44,466 nt of DNA, from positions 1-44,466 of the forward strand of contig MCFE01000693.1 in NCBI GenBank assembly GCA_002104905.1, given 5' to 3'. A model generated the notes under the pieces. The model searched no databases and was not told where the DNA came from. It was given only the letters and a program-made list of their open reading frames with translations. Below, piece by piece: positions 10,795-21,709 of this stretch (position 1 is the stretch's first letter; every line of letters begins with the position of its first letter). The position numbers and the translations under genes are program-made. Origin of the DNA: Basidiobolus meristosporus CBS 931.73 (Eukaryota; Fungi; Basidiobolomycota).

Positions 10795-13700
10795 ATGAGC
10801 CCTGAGCTGTCACTCTCTGCAATGTCTACTACTGCTATTACTGGAATTTTTCCCTTTGCTGAAAAGTTGGATGGATCTAACTACCAAGTGTGGAAGGTGA
10901 AGATGAAGATGCTGCTACAAGAAAGAGGCCTGTAGGATATTGTCATGGGAGAAGAATGCGCTCATAAAAATGTAGGAGAGGAAGCCTTAAGGTACCAGAA
11001 GAAAGAACAAAGTGCCTTTAGCTGCATTTGCCTTAATGTTAAAGACAAATTGCTAATTCAATGCTTAAGAGCAAAACCAGCAGAGAATGCCTGAAAGGCA
11101 TTAGAAGACACCTACCAGTCATGCGCAGCTGCTGAGAAAATGTATCTGAGACAAAAATTCTTTACTACAAAGATGCTGCTAGGAGAAGAAATGAAAAACC
11201 TAATTAACAGAATTACCATGCTGGCAGATGAATTGGAATCTGTGGGCATACCAACTAGTGATGAGGATGTGATAGTTACCATCCTGAATAGCCTGACTGA
11301 CAAGTTTCAGGGCCTTGTATCAGTACTAGAGTCCAGACCTGAAGATTTAACCTTAAATTACGTATATGGAAGGCTTCTGGATGAAGAATTAAGAAAATCA
11401 AGCGCCAATAAGTAGGAAGAAGAAAATGCTTGAATAAGCAATGATAACCAACAAAGGAGGTACCAAGACCCTACAAAGGCAACAGCAACATGTTTTGCAA
11501 CTAGTGCAAAAGGAAAGGACACACATCAGACCGGTGCTTCAAAAAGTAAGAGAGTCATCAAAAAAAGCCTGAAAATGGAAATACTGCAACAACTGAAGAT
11601 AGACTATTCATATCTGCACTAAATATGACCATAAACAAGGATTCTCAGATTTGGTATATCAACTCTGGAACATCTCAACACTTTACACACCAAAAAGAAC
11701 TTTTTACCCAATATCAAGAAATTCCAATTAAGAAGGTTTTCATAGATGATGATGGAACACTTGATGCAGTGGGAGAAGGAACTATCCAAGTAAACCTAAG
11801 AAGCAGTGAAGGAAGCCATACACTGACTTTCAACAAAGTACTCTATGTGTCAGAAATAGCCAAGAACCTAATATCTGTAAGCAAGGCCACTGCAGAAGGA
11901 CTCAGTTTCAGCTTTGACAATTCTGGATGCAAGATCACTGATCAAAATGGTGCCCATTTTACCTTGGGCATCAGAGATCAGAATCTATACAAGCTGACTT
12001 ATATTCCATCATATTTGGAAGCCAATGTAAGTAACTTAAAGAAGAAACACCAATGCTTTGGCACAGGAGATTTAGACACATCAATTTTGATTATTTGCGC
12101 AAAATGATCAATGATCCGCTAGTTTCCGGAGTAAAAGTTGATCCCCCAGCTAATTTGGAGCACTGTGAAGCCTGCATATATGGAAAACAAGCCTGACAAC
12201 TGTTCAAGAGCTCTGGGCTGATCAAAACTAAGAAAAAATTAGATCTAATTCACTCAGATCTGTGTGGACCTAAGCAAAATTTATCCTTAGGTGGGATGAA
12301 GTATTTAATCACCTTTATTGATGATTATACAAGATACACATGGGTCTATTTCATGGAGAGAAAGGAAGAAGATCTGCCTAGGCTCGGGGAGTTTAAATCC
12401 ATGGTGGAGAGAGAAATTGGTGGAAAAATCAAGAAAATACACCCTGACAATGGTGGAGAATATACCTCAAAACTCTTCATCCACTTCTGCAAAATTCATG
12501 GTATAAAGCAAGAGACTACTGTACCATTCTCCCCACAGCAAAATGGAGTAGCAGAATGTGCTAATAGATCAATAATTGATATTGCAAGATCTATGATCCA
12601 CGATCAAAAATTATCCTATGATTTTTGGGCTGAATCAGTTGCCACTGCTGTATATTGTAAGAGTGGGAGTTATAACAGAATACTTCATGATTCTACTCCA
12701 TTTGAAGCATGGTATGGATACAGACCAAGTGCAGAACATCTAAGAATATTTGGGTGTACAGCATATGCCAATAAACTGCCCAGAAATCAGTCAAAATTTA
12801 AGCCAAAAAGTGTAAAATGCATATTTTTGTGTTACTGCAATGAGAGTGAAGCATACAGACTCTACAATACCAAAGCAAAGAAGCTAATCAAGTTGAGGGT
12901 TGTGTTACTTGCTGAAAATGCAAAATTTTCACAACAAAAGACATCAGATGATGACAAAATTTGGATCCCAAGTCCACCAACTGTCAGGATTGAATCAGAG
13001 CAAGACAATAAAGGTTTTTCACTCCAGACAACTCTACAGCTGTGGCTCAGCCAGAATCAGTGCCCAGGAATATCCCAGAAGTGATCATTCCAGTATCAAA
13101 GACCCTGAGATCCAATTGGACAAGAAATAGCCCAGATTACTATATCAATGAGGGTACAAGCTTAGCATATGCCTATACAGTCCATATTGATGAGCCCCAG
13201 ACTTTAAGAGAGGCCCTAAATAGCCCTCAAACAAAGTTTTGAAGATCTGCAATGACTGGGGAATATTAGCCCTCATTTGGTCTGCAAGCTTAAAAAGGCA
13301 CTGTATGGTCTCAAACAATCAACAAGTGCCTGGAATTGCAAGATAGATTCTTATTTGGAATCTCTGTGTTTCAAAAGGAGTAATGCTGACTATAGTATAT
13401 ACTATAAGCCAGATAGAGCAAATCCAGGTCTATTAGCTCTAGATGTGGATGATCTTATTATAGCCACCAATAACCTAGAAACATTGGAAGAGACAAAATC
13501 AAGCCTATCTATGGAGTTCAAGATGTCCAATCTAGGAGAACTCAGTTACTACTTGGGGATTGTGTTCTCCATAGACAGAAGTACCCAGGCAATTACCCTT
13601 AGCCAATCCAAGTATATTCAAGATATACTAAAGAGGTAAAAATGGAACACTGTAAACTAGCAGCTACCCCAATGGAGACAAACCTTAACCTGAACAAAAC

Positions 13701-14500
13701 TCAACCAAATCAAGAGAGCTTGGTGCCATTGGAGAGCCCTGACTTTCCTTGTCAGTCAATAGGTGGCAGTGTGATGTATATCATGCTTGGGACATGTCCA
13801 GATATCTCATATTCAGTGGGAGTTGTCAGCCAACATAATCAGAACTATGGATCTGATTATATTGCAGCAGTTAAGCAGATTTTTAGATACCTAAAAGGAA
13901 CTGCTGATATTGGCTTAAGATACACTTATGAGGATTCAGAACAGAATCTTGGGGGATGCTCTGATGCTGATTGGGGGCAAAATTTGGAAGACAGAAGATC
14001 CACCACAGGATACACCTTTCTTTACTCTAAAGGAGCAATTTCATGGAATTCAAGAAAGCAACCAACTATAGCACTTTCTACCGCAGAGGCAGAGTGCATT
14101 GCAGCCTGTGAAGCTACAAGAGAAGCAAGGTGGTTAAGAAAGCAACCAACTATAGCACTTTCTACCGCAGAGGCAGAGTGCATTGCAGCCTGTGAAGCTA
14201 CAAGAGAAGCAAGGTGGTTAAGAAAGCTGTTTACAGATTTAGGCATATGTCAAAAAATGCCTATTACTTTATTTCAATATAATCAAGGATGTATAAAATT
14301 AGGAAGAAATCCAACTTTTCATGCTAGAACCAAGCATATAGATATTAGACATCATTTCATACGTGAAGCTATAGAGAATAACTTTGTTAGCTTAGTTACT
14401 GTCCTACGGATGAAATGATTGCAGACATATTTACCAAACCATTAGCTAGAGACAAGTTTGAATATCTTATGTCAAGATTAGGACCAGTCAGAATGAACAT
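10795..14500 (+). pseudogene. copia gag-pol pseudogene
   Basis: ORFs 11140, 11625, 12296, 13277 and 13642 carry DDYTRY, DNGGEY, ALYGLKQ, DVDDL, SDADW, KHIDIRHHFIRE. Confidence 0.93.
14052..14227 (+). repeat. exact 84-bp tandem duplication in copia RNase H
   Basis: Units 14052-14135 and 14136-14219 are identical, bounded by 8-bp microhomology AAGAAAGC. Gives RKQPTIALSTAEAECIAACEATREARWL twice. Confidence 0.95.
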
Positions 14501-14869
14501 TTAGCTGAGTGGAAGCATTGTAAAAATTTGCAATTCCACCTAAATATTCACCTAACTTAGTCACTTAGATCATTACCTTCAAATCCTAGAGAATACTGAC
14601 CAAATTCCTTGTTGGGATTTACTTAGAATATTTTTACCAAAATACCAGGTACCTAGAACATGAAAATTCTCAAAGCTGTCCAAACAGCCCCAAACTTTGC
14701 ACACATGTTCTTGAGACCTTCCTTAACTTATTCTACATGTTTGCTATGCCAAGACCATGTAAAAGTATAAATACTACTTTTACATTCAATGAATCATTAA
14801 GTGAAAACCACATAATCTACTTGTTCTCACAATCACTTCCAATGTCTCCAAGACTCTTACAACATAAAT

Positions 14870-17800
14870 TGCTCAGTGACTCTATTAGTTCTAGGGTGAT
14901 ATGCCAAGGCTCTCAAGTGTATGATGTGCTGCATTTCCAGCTAAGCTTCAATGTCTTTGCCATAAAGTTTGCTCCTCTATTGGATGGAATCTCTACAGGG
15001 CATGCAGACTTCATAAGGATCTCATGGTAGATGAAACTTGCAACCTCTTGTTCACTGGCTATAGGTACAGCTTTAGCCACTGGCCGTTTAGTGGCATGGT
15101 GAATTGCTACTAGGATCCAGCGGTTGCATTTCCTGGTAGTTGGTAGTCTCCCAATAAAGTCAATTCCCCATCTTTCAAATGGTATAACAGGCTCCAATGG
15201 AAAGAGTTCATCATTTCTTTGTGGTTGGCCTTGATTGATTTGGCAGTTTGGGCATGTTTTCACTAGCTTCTCAATGTCTTGTTTCATTCTAGGCCACCAT
15301 GATCTGGCTCTCACAAGGCTATAGATTCCTTCAATTCCAAGATGTCCATATCCATTGTGTAGCTTATGCACTAAATCCAGGCAAGCCACATAAGAGCAAT
15401 AGGCAATAGGGCTTCCATCAACAATTTGGTAAAGTGTTTCATCCTGTACCACAAATTTGCTGGCTTCATTCTGGATTATCTTCTTGATCTCTTCATCCAC
15501 CTGATTAGAAATGGCTTGGTCCTCCAAGTACTTTGGTAATAGGCTAGGCCAATCTGATTCATGCACCAAGTTCAGTGGGGCACCTTGTTCTAAGCTTGAT
15601 AGGGCATCAGCAACCATGTTGTTTTTCCCAAGGCAGTAGACAATCTCCACATCAAATTGCTTAATGTATTCACTCCATCTTGTCATTCTTTTAGAGAGTA
15701 CCTTCTGAGTAAACTTATACTTGAGTGAGGCATGATCAGTCTTCATGGTGCATTTGACTCCTTCACTATAGCATCTCCATGTCTTTAAGCAGTGTATTAT
15801 AGCCAACATCTCCTTCTCATGCAGCAAATAGTTTTGTTCTGCTGAGTTCAGTTTCTTGGATTTAAAGGCAACTAGGTGGTCCTTTCCCTTGTGTTATTGG
15901 CTCAACATACCACCAATTGCATAATTTGATGCATCTGTCCACAGAGTAAACTCTTCTCTGAAGTCAGGTATTCTCAAGCTTGGCAGCTTAGCAAGTTCAT
16001 TCTTGAGTATCTGAAAGGCAGTCTCAAAAGCTATGTCCCACTTGTAGGTATCGTCTTTCTTGAGGATATCAGCTAACTGAGCTGCAATACTTGCAAAGGA
16101 CTTGACAAATCTCCAATAATAGGAAACAATTCCAAGGAATGACCTGAGTTCTGATATGCTATGGGGCTGCTTCAGATGTTTGATAACTTCAACCTTCTTA
16201 GGGTCTAAGGTTACTCCTGTGCTAGTTATTATGTGACCCATATATTCAATGTGTTCCTTGAAGAATTCACACTTGGGTAGCTTGTCAAAAAGCTTGTTCT
16301 CTCTTAGCTTCTTCAAGACCATTGCAATGTGCACTAAGTGGTCCTCTTCTGTCTTGCTGTATATCAATATGTCATCAAGGTAGATATTCACAAATTTGTC
16401 TAGTACTCCTGGAAGACAGTCTACATCAGGGTCATGAATGTTGCAGTGGTATTGGTGAGACTAAAACTCATTACAAAGTACTTGTAATGCCCATATCTGG
16501 TCCTGGATGCTGTCTTAGGGATGTCTTCTGACTTTACCCTAATCTGGTTGTAGCCTGACATGAGGTCAATCTTGCTGAATATAGTGGCTCCATTGAGTTG
16601 GTCCAAGAGCTCATCAATCCATGGTATCAAGTACTTATTCTTCATGGTAACTGAGTTGAGGGCTCTCCAGTCAATGCCCATCCTAAGTGTTCCATCCCTC
16701 TTCTTCACATGAAGTACTGGTTCTCTCCAAGGTGACTTGCTGGGTCTGATTTATCCTTGCTCCAATAACTGATCTATTTGTCTGTTCATTTCTTCCAACT
16801 CTAAAGGACTCATTCTGCAAGGTGTCATACTTACTTGAGGGCTATCTCCTGTGACAATGGCATTATCCATGTCTCTGACTGGTAGTAGGCTACAAATTCA
16901 TCTGGAAATACATCTGAATATGCCTTCAAAAGAGTCTGAACTTTCTGGGGTACTGGAGTAGAGGAATCCCCCTGTAATGCAACCATGAGGAGCATCTGGG
17001 TGGCCTTTCTAAGTGCTCTACTAAACTGTGTCTTGCTATGTTCACTTGTTTCACACACACTGGAATTCACCAAGTTGAAATCCAGTCTGGCAGGTAATAG
17101 CTCATAGGTCTTGTTGTCCTTCTGCATCTGAGTGGCATGGGTTATCCAGTTAATTGATGGATTACAACAAAATAGCCAGGTTTTTCCAAGTACAAGGTCA
17201 AACTTGCAGTTCCCAAATATATAGGCCTGTATGTCTTCTTCATAGTCATTGATCTTCACTCTTACTGGCTGAGCAATATGGTTGATTATGTGATAGTTCC
17301 CATCAGCTGTTGAGAATGAAGTTGATTTGGTGGGTTCCAAGTTGATTCCCACCTTCAAAGCAAGTAGCTCTGACATGTACTTATGCAATGCTCCTGAGTC
17401 AATCATGATCTTGGCAGGTATTCCATTGATTACTCCAATCAAGTAGAATAGCTTTCCTGAGTTTGAGGTCATATGGGATAGGTATTCCTCTGTCATATGG
17501 AAGGTGAGTTCTGAGTCTTCTGCAAGTTCTTCTTCCATGTTACAATGCTCAAGGGCTTCAATATGGCTGAAGGTTCTTGATAGTTGGTGTCCATTTCTTC
17601 TCTGAGGGCAGTACTTTGCACTATGTCCCTACTGGTGGCAATCAAAGCAAAGTCTTTTCTTCTTACATTCTTCTGAGATAAGATTTGTCTGCATAGAGTC
17701 TATTTCCATTGGCACTGCTTCTGATTGTCTTCTTTCTCAGTGATTGTAGCCTCTCTGATTAGTCATTGTGGGCTTCCCAACTCCAAACATAGCTAAGTCA

Positions 17801-18423
17801 TAGTCATAGTCAATGGCAGTCTTGATGGCTTCTTCAATAGTCTGGGGTCTTCAATAACTTACTTCCTTGCAAGTTCTTACTTTCATCCCATCAATAAAGT
17901 ATTCCACTTGATCTAGGGTGTCCATTCTTTCAATTTGTCCAAGTAGATATCTATAGTCATAAATGTACTCTTGAACCATTCCATTCTGTCTGAGTGTCTT
18001 TAACTTTTTTCTTAGTAGTGTCTGCTGGTGTGGAGGCTCAAAAGCATCCTGAATATCCAACACAAACTCATCCCAGGTAGAGATTGTAGAGCATCCCATT
18101 ATGGTGGCTGACTTGATCTTGTTGTGGTACCACTGTAAAGCTGCATCTGCCAGGTAAGAAGCTGCATAATGTAACTTGCTTTCTGGAGCAATTTCCTTAG
18201 CCTTGAAAGCTTCTTCAATCTGGAAGAGCCAAGTTCCCAGGTTTTCATTGACTCTACCATGGCACTGGTTGACCTTTGCACTAAAGTTGCTCTTGATAGG
18301 GTTTTTCTGGCTTTGGGCCATGGTAGTCATTCCTTGTTGCTGGAGGCTAAGGATCTGGAGTAACTGTTGCTGTTGGGCCAGGATTTGCTGCATAGCATTC
18401 TTCCATTCTTGATTTTTGGACAT
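14870..18423 (-). pseudogene. gypsy gag-pol pseudogene (gag, PR, RT, RH, IN N-terminal part)
   Basis: ORFs 17851..18423 (retrotransposon gag), 16831..17538 (aspartic protease), 16421..16708 and 15894..16391 (RT/RH), 14913..15827 (RH/IN). Confidence 0.94.
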
Positions 18424-18481
18424 CTTGAGGGAGGCTTCTTCTTTCTTTAGGAGGGAGGTTTCTGGTTATTGCTGCTAACAA

Positions 18482-18850
18482 TGTTACAAGTCTTGATATA
18501 ATAGTTGCAGAGGAGTAGGGAGTTTAGCTAGTATTGTATTCACTAAAACTTGAACTAATTGTTATTGAGGTTCCAGCAGCTCCTTATATACATCTTGGCA
18601 TATTAACTGCTGACTAGTTGTATTTCCTAATGTAGGTTGTGGCTGATGACTCATTTCTTTGCATCATCATCTCCCAATAAGATCCAGCTTAATATATCCA
18701 TTCCTGTCTGATAAGGATCTGTTGATACATTTGCTGCCTAATGCTACTGATTTGATAGACAATACTGATACAAGGATAGGCTTAACATATACCTGATAGA
18801 TTTGACTAAAAACTAACTCAACTTTAGCATTCAAGCGGTAGATCATAACA
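18482..18850 (-). repeat. gypsy 5' LTR
   Basis: TGTTACA...CATAACA. Followed on the minus strand by the PBS-like TTGTTAGCAGC (TTGGTAGCAGC in the copy at 25363). Confidence 0.93.
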
Positions 18851-18989
18851 AATATTTTGATTGTTCAATAATGTCTGCAGGTCATGCAAGCTTGGGTGTG
18901 TCTCAATGAACTAAGTCTTCCCAGATACCAAACTTGTACTGTTAGATAGTTCTACAAAGTACCAGCCTGTTTATGGTGCTGGATTGATC

Positions 18990-19017
18990 TGGCACTCTAT
19001 GGCACATTGTGGCACTA
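18990..19017. repeat. isolated right end of a TIR element (...TGTGGCACTA)
   Basis: ggcactctatggcacattgtggcacta matches the last ~28 bp of the element at 22494-22792. Confidence 0.55.
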
Positions 19018-19113
19018 TTATTTCCACCATAATGCCAGTTGTAGAAAATAGTTACTGGTAAAACATACTCAATCTTCCTTATATTGCTCAGAATAGTGCT
19101 TTCTTTGCTTTAT

Positions 19114-19686
19114 TTACTCTTTATAATGCTCCAGACACATCTCTCTCAGTGGATGTCTTCTTGTATAAATATACAGTGCATTAATAAGAATCTTTACTGG
19201 TTCACCTACTTTACTGTTTTCTCCTATATATGACTTTCCTCTGTATATACCTGCCAATATGTTTAATCTCTTTAGATCTCCAAGTGTATGCTCTACCCTG
19301 ACTCTGAAATGACTAAATATCTCATTGTAGCACCTCTGCTTCCTCCTAAGCACACAATTCTTTGGCTTTTTTTAAGCCATAATACATCCTAATGTCTGAC
19401 AATCCTCTCCTATATAAGCTACGTCTGCCATACATTTCTCCCCTCTAATGAATTTTGGATGATTCTCTACCCAGAGTGCTTTGTCATGGCTACTTTGAGC
19501 AAATGGCCCACTAAACCAGATGATGTTACCCTCAATGTCAGACAGTGCTTGAAACTTCACACAGTGTTCCTTGTACTTGCCAGAATAAAAGTGTCTCTGT
19601 CCAGACTGGAAAAGGCAATGTTGGATCTGTTTGAGTTCTTGCCAAATGATTTCAGTATGGCCCAAGTGTCTATGATGAGCCTTCAT
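19114..19686 (-). pseudogene. DDE_Tnp_4 (PIF/Harbinger-ISL2EU/IS5-like) transposase, C-terminal catalytic part
   Basis: ORFs 19372..19686 and 19114..19353 are in one frame split by a single TAA. Motifs QRHFYSGKYKEHCVKFQ, DIEGNIIWFSGP, SSHD, MADVAYIG, KKPK, YNEIFSHFRVRVEHTLGDLKRLNIL. Confidence 0.85.
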
Positions 19687-20630
19687 ACAGATATTTGGGC
19701 ACTACTCATTAATCTAGCAGAACTAGATACCTCAGGGAGTTGACAGAGATGATCAAATCTGAGTAGAGAGCTGCAGTATGAGTTGTACATCCAGATGCCA
19801 GCAGAAGTTTGTAAGAAGATATATAAAAAGACAAGTATTGAAATCAAGAATGTGTTGAGAGTCAGGGGACTTGATGGGGAGGCTGCATGGGAGCAATTTT
19901 GCTCAATTTGCTCAGTACAGGCCAGTTGCATCTGTTTGTGCCTCAACTTTAGAACCAAAGAGATTTGGAGTGAGTTTTTTCCTCAAATGACTAATGTACT
20001 ACATGATATATAAGGAGAGCTAAGTGACTTCCAAGAGCATTATACAGAAGAATCATCCAGGCAACAGTTCCAAAGTATTAGACAGAAGGTAAGTGAATAC
20101 CTCAAGGAATTGGAAGGTGAGCTTTAAGAGGAAGAATACAAGCCTCAAGCAACAGCATCCAGATTGCGCCAGCATGCCTTGCTGGGCTCCTTACCATCCT
20201 TTGCATCTTCACTGTGCCAGGACATGTCAGTCCAAACTACACCAACACCCTTCACAAGAGCGCCCTGTATTGAGCCAATGCACATCAGGTCAACATGCGC
20301 CCCTAAGAGCAAAATAACCAGAACTTGCCAAACTACTCATTTAGACACAATTCCATTGGAGCAGGACAAGTTGTGTCAGCATGCAACATCACATCAAACT
20401 CAGACAAGTACCATGACAATGCATCAAGTGGAGCCTGCACATGCTATTACTCCTGACTATCACCAAGTTACCACTAGTGAACTGAATAATGATGAACCAT
20501 ATGAGTGCCTCCACTACCAAAGCCTTTGGCAAGTAAAAGAACATATCAGCATGTAGCACAGCAGGCCAGTTCAGTGGCATCATCTGGAGCAACTAAGTGT
20601 GGCCAAGCTGCTGCATTGAACTCATCACCT
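19675..20630 (+). pseudogene. degraded orphan reading frame (~300+ codons), unknown product
   Basis: ORFs 19459..19743, 19783..20013 and 20164..20556 share one frame and are separated only by TGA/TAA stops explicable as CGA/CAA deamination. Confidence 0.5.
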
Positions 20631-20957
20631 AGGAGGCAAAATACTGACTACAAATACACAAGTAGCCCAAATAATACTCAATAAAGAAGTATTTTTGGTG
20701 TGCAAAGTGAATCACCACCAAATACTTTGGTAGTAGTCCCTGCAAGAAAAAAACCTAGGAGAAGATGATGCAATTGCATTGAATTGCTATTATTTGTCAT
20801 GATCCAAGTAACACATTTTTTTTGCAATCCAGATTGAGCCATCTCAAATTGGCAATCACTAAGTTTTTGATTTTAGTAATATAAAAGTTGTCTCACATTT
20901 GAGACAGAACCCCTATAAGTAAGCACCCTGCATATATATACATCATCTGTGGCAGCA

Positions 20958-21350
20958 GTACAGCCATTTGATCTGATTTGCACCCATACAATTGGTTGCG
21001 TACTAGCTATGACACATTGTCCAATCACTAGGATCAGGGATTTACTTGCTTAATGGGCAAAATGGGATATTTGATGGCAAATCAGGTAGCTTGTGTATTG
21101 GTCAAAGAGCCAATTGGGGGCTGAAAGCTTCAGGATACTTTTGGACCAATTAACAGTGCAGCCATTTGATCTGTTTGCACCTACACAATTGGTCACATGC
21201 TAGTTATGACACCTTGTCCAATCATTAGGATCAAGAGTTTTCTTGCTCAATAGATAACATGGGATGTTTAATGGCAAATCAGGTAGCTTGTGTATTGATC
21301 AAAGAGCCAATTGGAGGCTGACAGCTTCAGGTTACTACTGAACCAACCAC
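20958..21350. repeat. two-unit 198-bp tandem repeat
   Basis: Units start at 20958 (gtacagccatttgatctg) and 21156 (gtgcagccatttgatctg), roughly 80% alike, rich in CCAAT/ATTGG. Confidence 0.9.
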
Positions 21351-21709
21351 TGAGATAACATCCAATTGGAGTGATGGTAAACAAAATGGTAAGTATCAGC
21401 GTAGTTTATAGTGTGATACGCATTTGTTTCCATTTACATTAAAGAAACATTTCCATATACAATTTTAGATACTATAATAGTGGTATCCAATTGCACACAT
21501 GATGCAAATATTACAAGTTGGCGCAATCCTCTGTGCAAACCTCCTCATGTCACATTGTGCCATTGTCTGCAAGATTGTCCCACATAGTGCAAACTGCTCT
21601 AAAGCAATCCTGCCTACTGGTGGCTAAAATATTGCACTTAATTGTCCTTAGCTACTACAGATCATGCTGCATGCCCTGGCACAGTACAATGGTACAAGTT
21701 TATTACCTT

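Larger units (their letters stand above)
10442..14864 (+). mobile_element. Ty1/copia family 1, copy 1b, two LTRs, TSD TAAAT, internal deletion in RT
   Basis: LTRs 10442-10790 and 14516-14864 (349 bp). TAAAT at 10437-10441 and 14865-14869. Removing it restores the gypsy integrase. PBS at 10791, PPT-like gctgagtggaag before the 3' LTR. Gag, PR, IN, RT and RH pieces. The RT N-terminus is missing near 13265. Confidence 0.96.
9480..18850 (-). mobile_element. Ty3/gypsy LTR retrotransposon copy 1 (both LTRs; contains nested copia)
   Basis: LTRs 9480-9848 and 18482-18850 (369 bp) share diagnostic variants. Gag, protease (IMIDSGA), RT (YLDDILIYS), RNase H (TDASNYAIGG) and integrase (RWGIDFIG) are in gypsy order. 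Flanks AATAC/AATAT. Confidence 0.95.

Noticed and set aside
10672-10935. ORF beginning inside the copia-1 LTR and running in frame into gag (also 2041..2313, 14737..15030)
   Set aside because: It starts upstream of, and reads through, the LTR TATA box (gtataaata), so it is unlikely to be on the element transcript. Recurrence is explained by LTR identity.
18851-18990. Right flank of gypsy copy 1 as the continuation of the transposase cut at 9479
   Set aside because: AATAC/AATAT resembles a TSD, but the flank does not clearly resume the expected FGKIASISGHNG motif. One frame has only a weak CRSC. Left unresolved.
20889-20916. Hairpin tgtctca-catt-tgagaca followed by CTAT as a Helitron 3' end
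   Set aside because: The stem is short and not GC-rich, the end is not CTRR followed by T, and there is no Rep/helicase sequence nearby.
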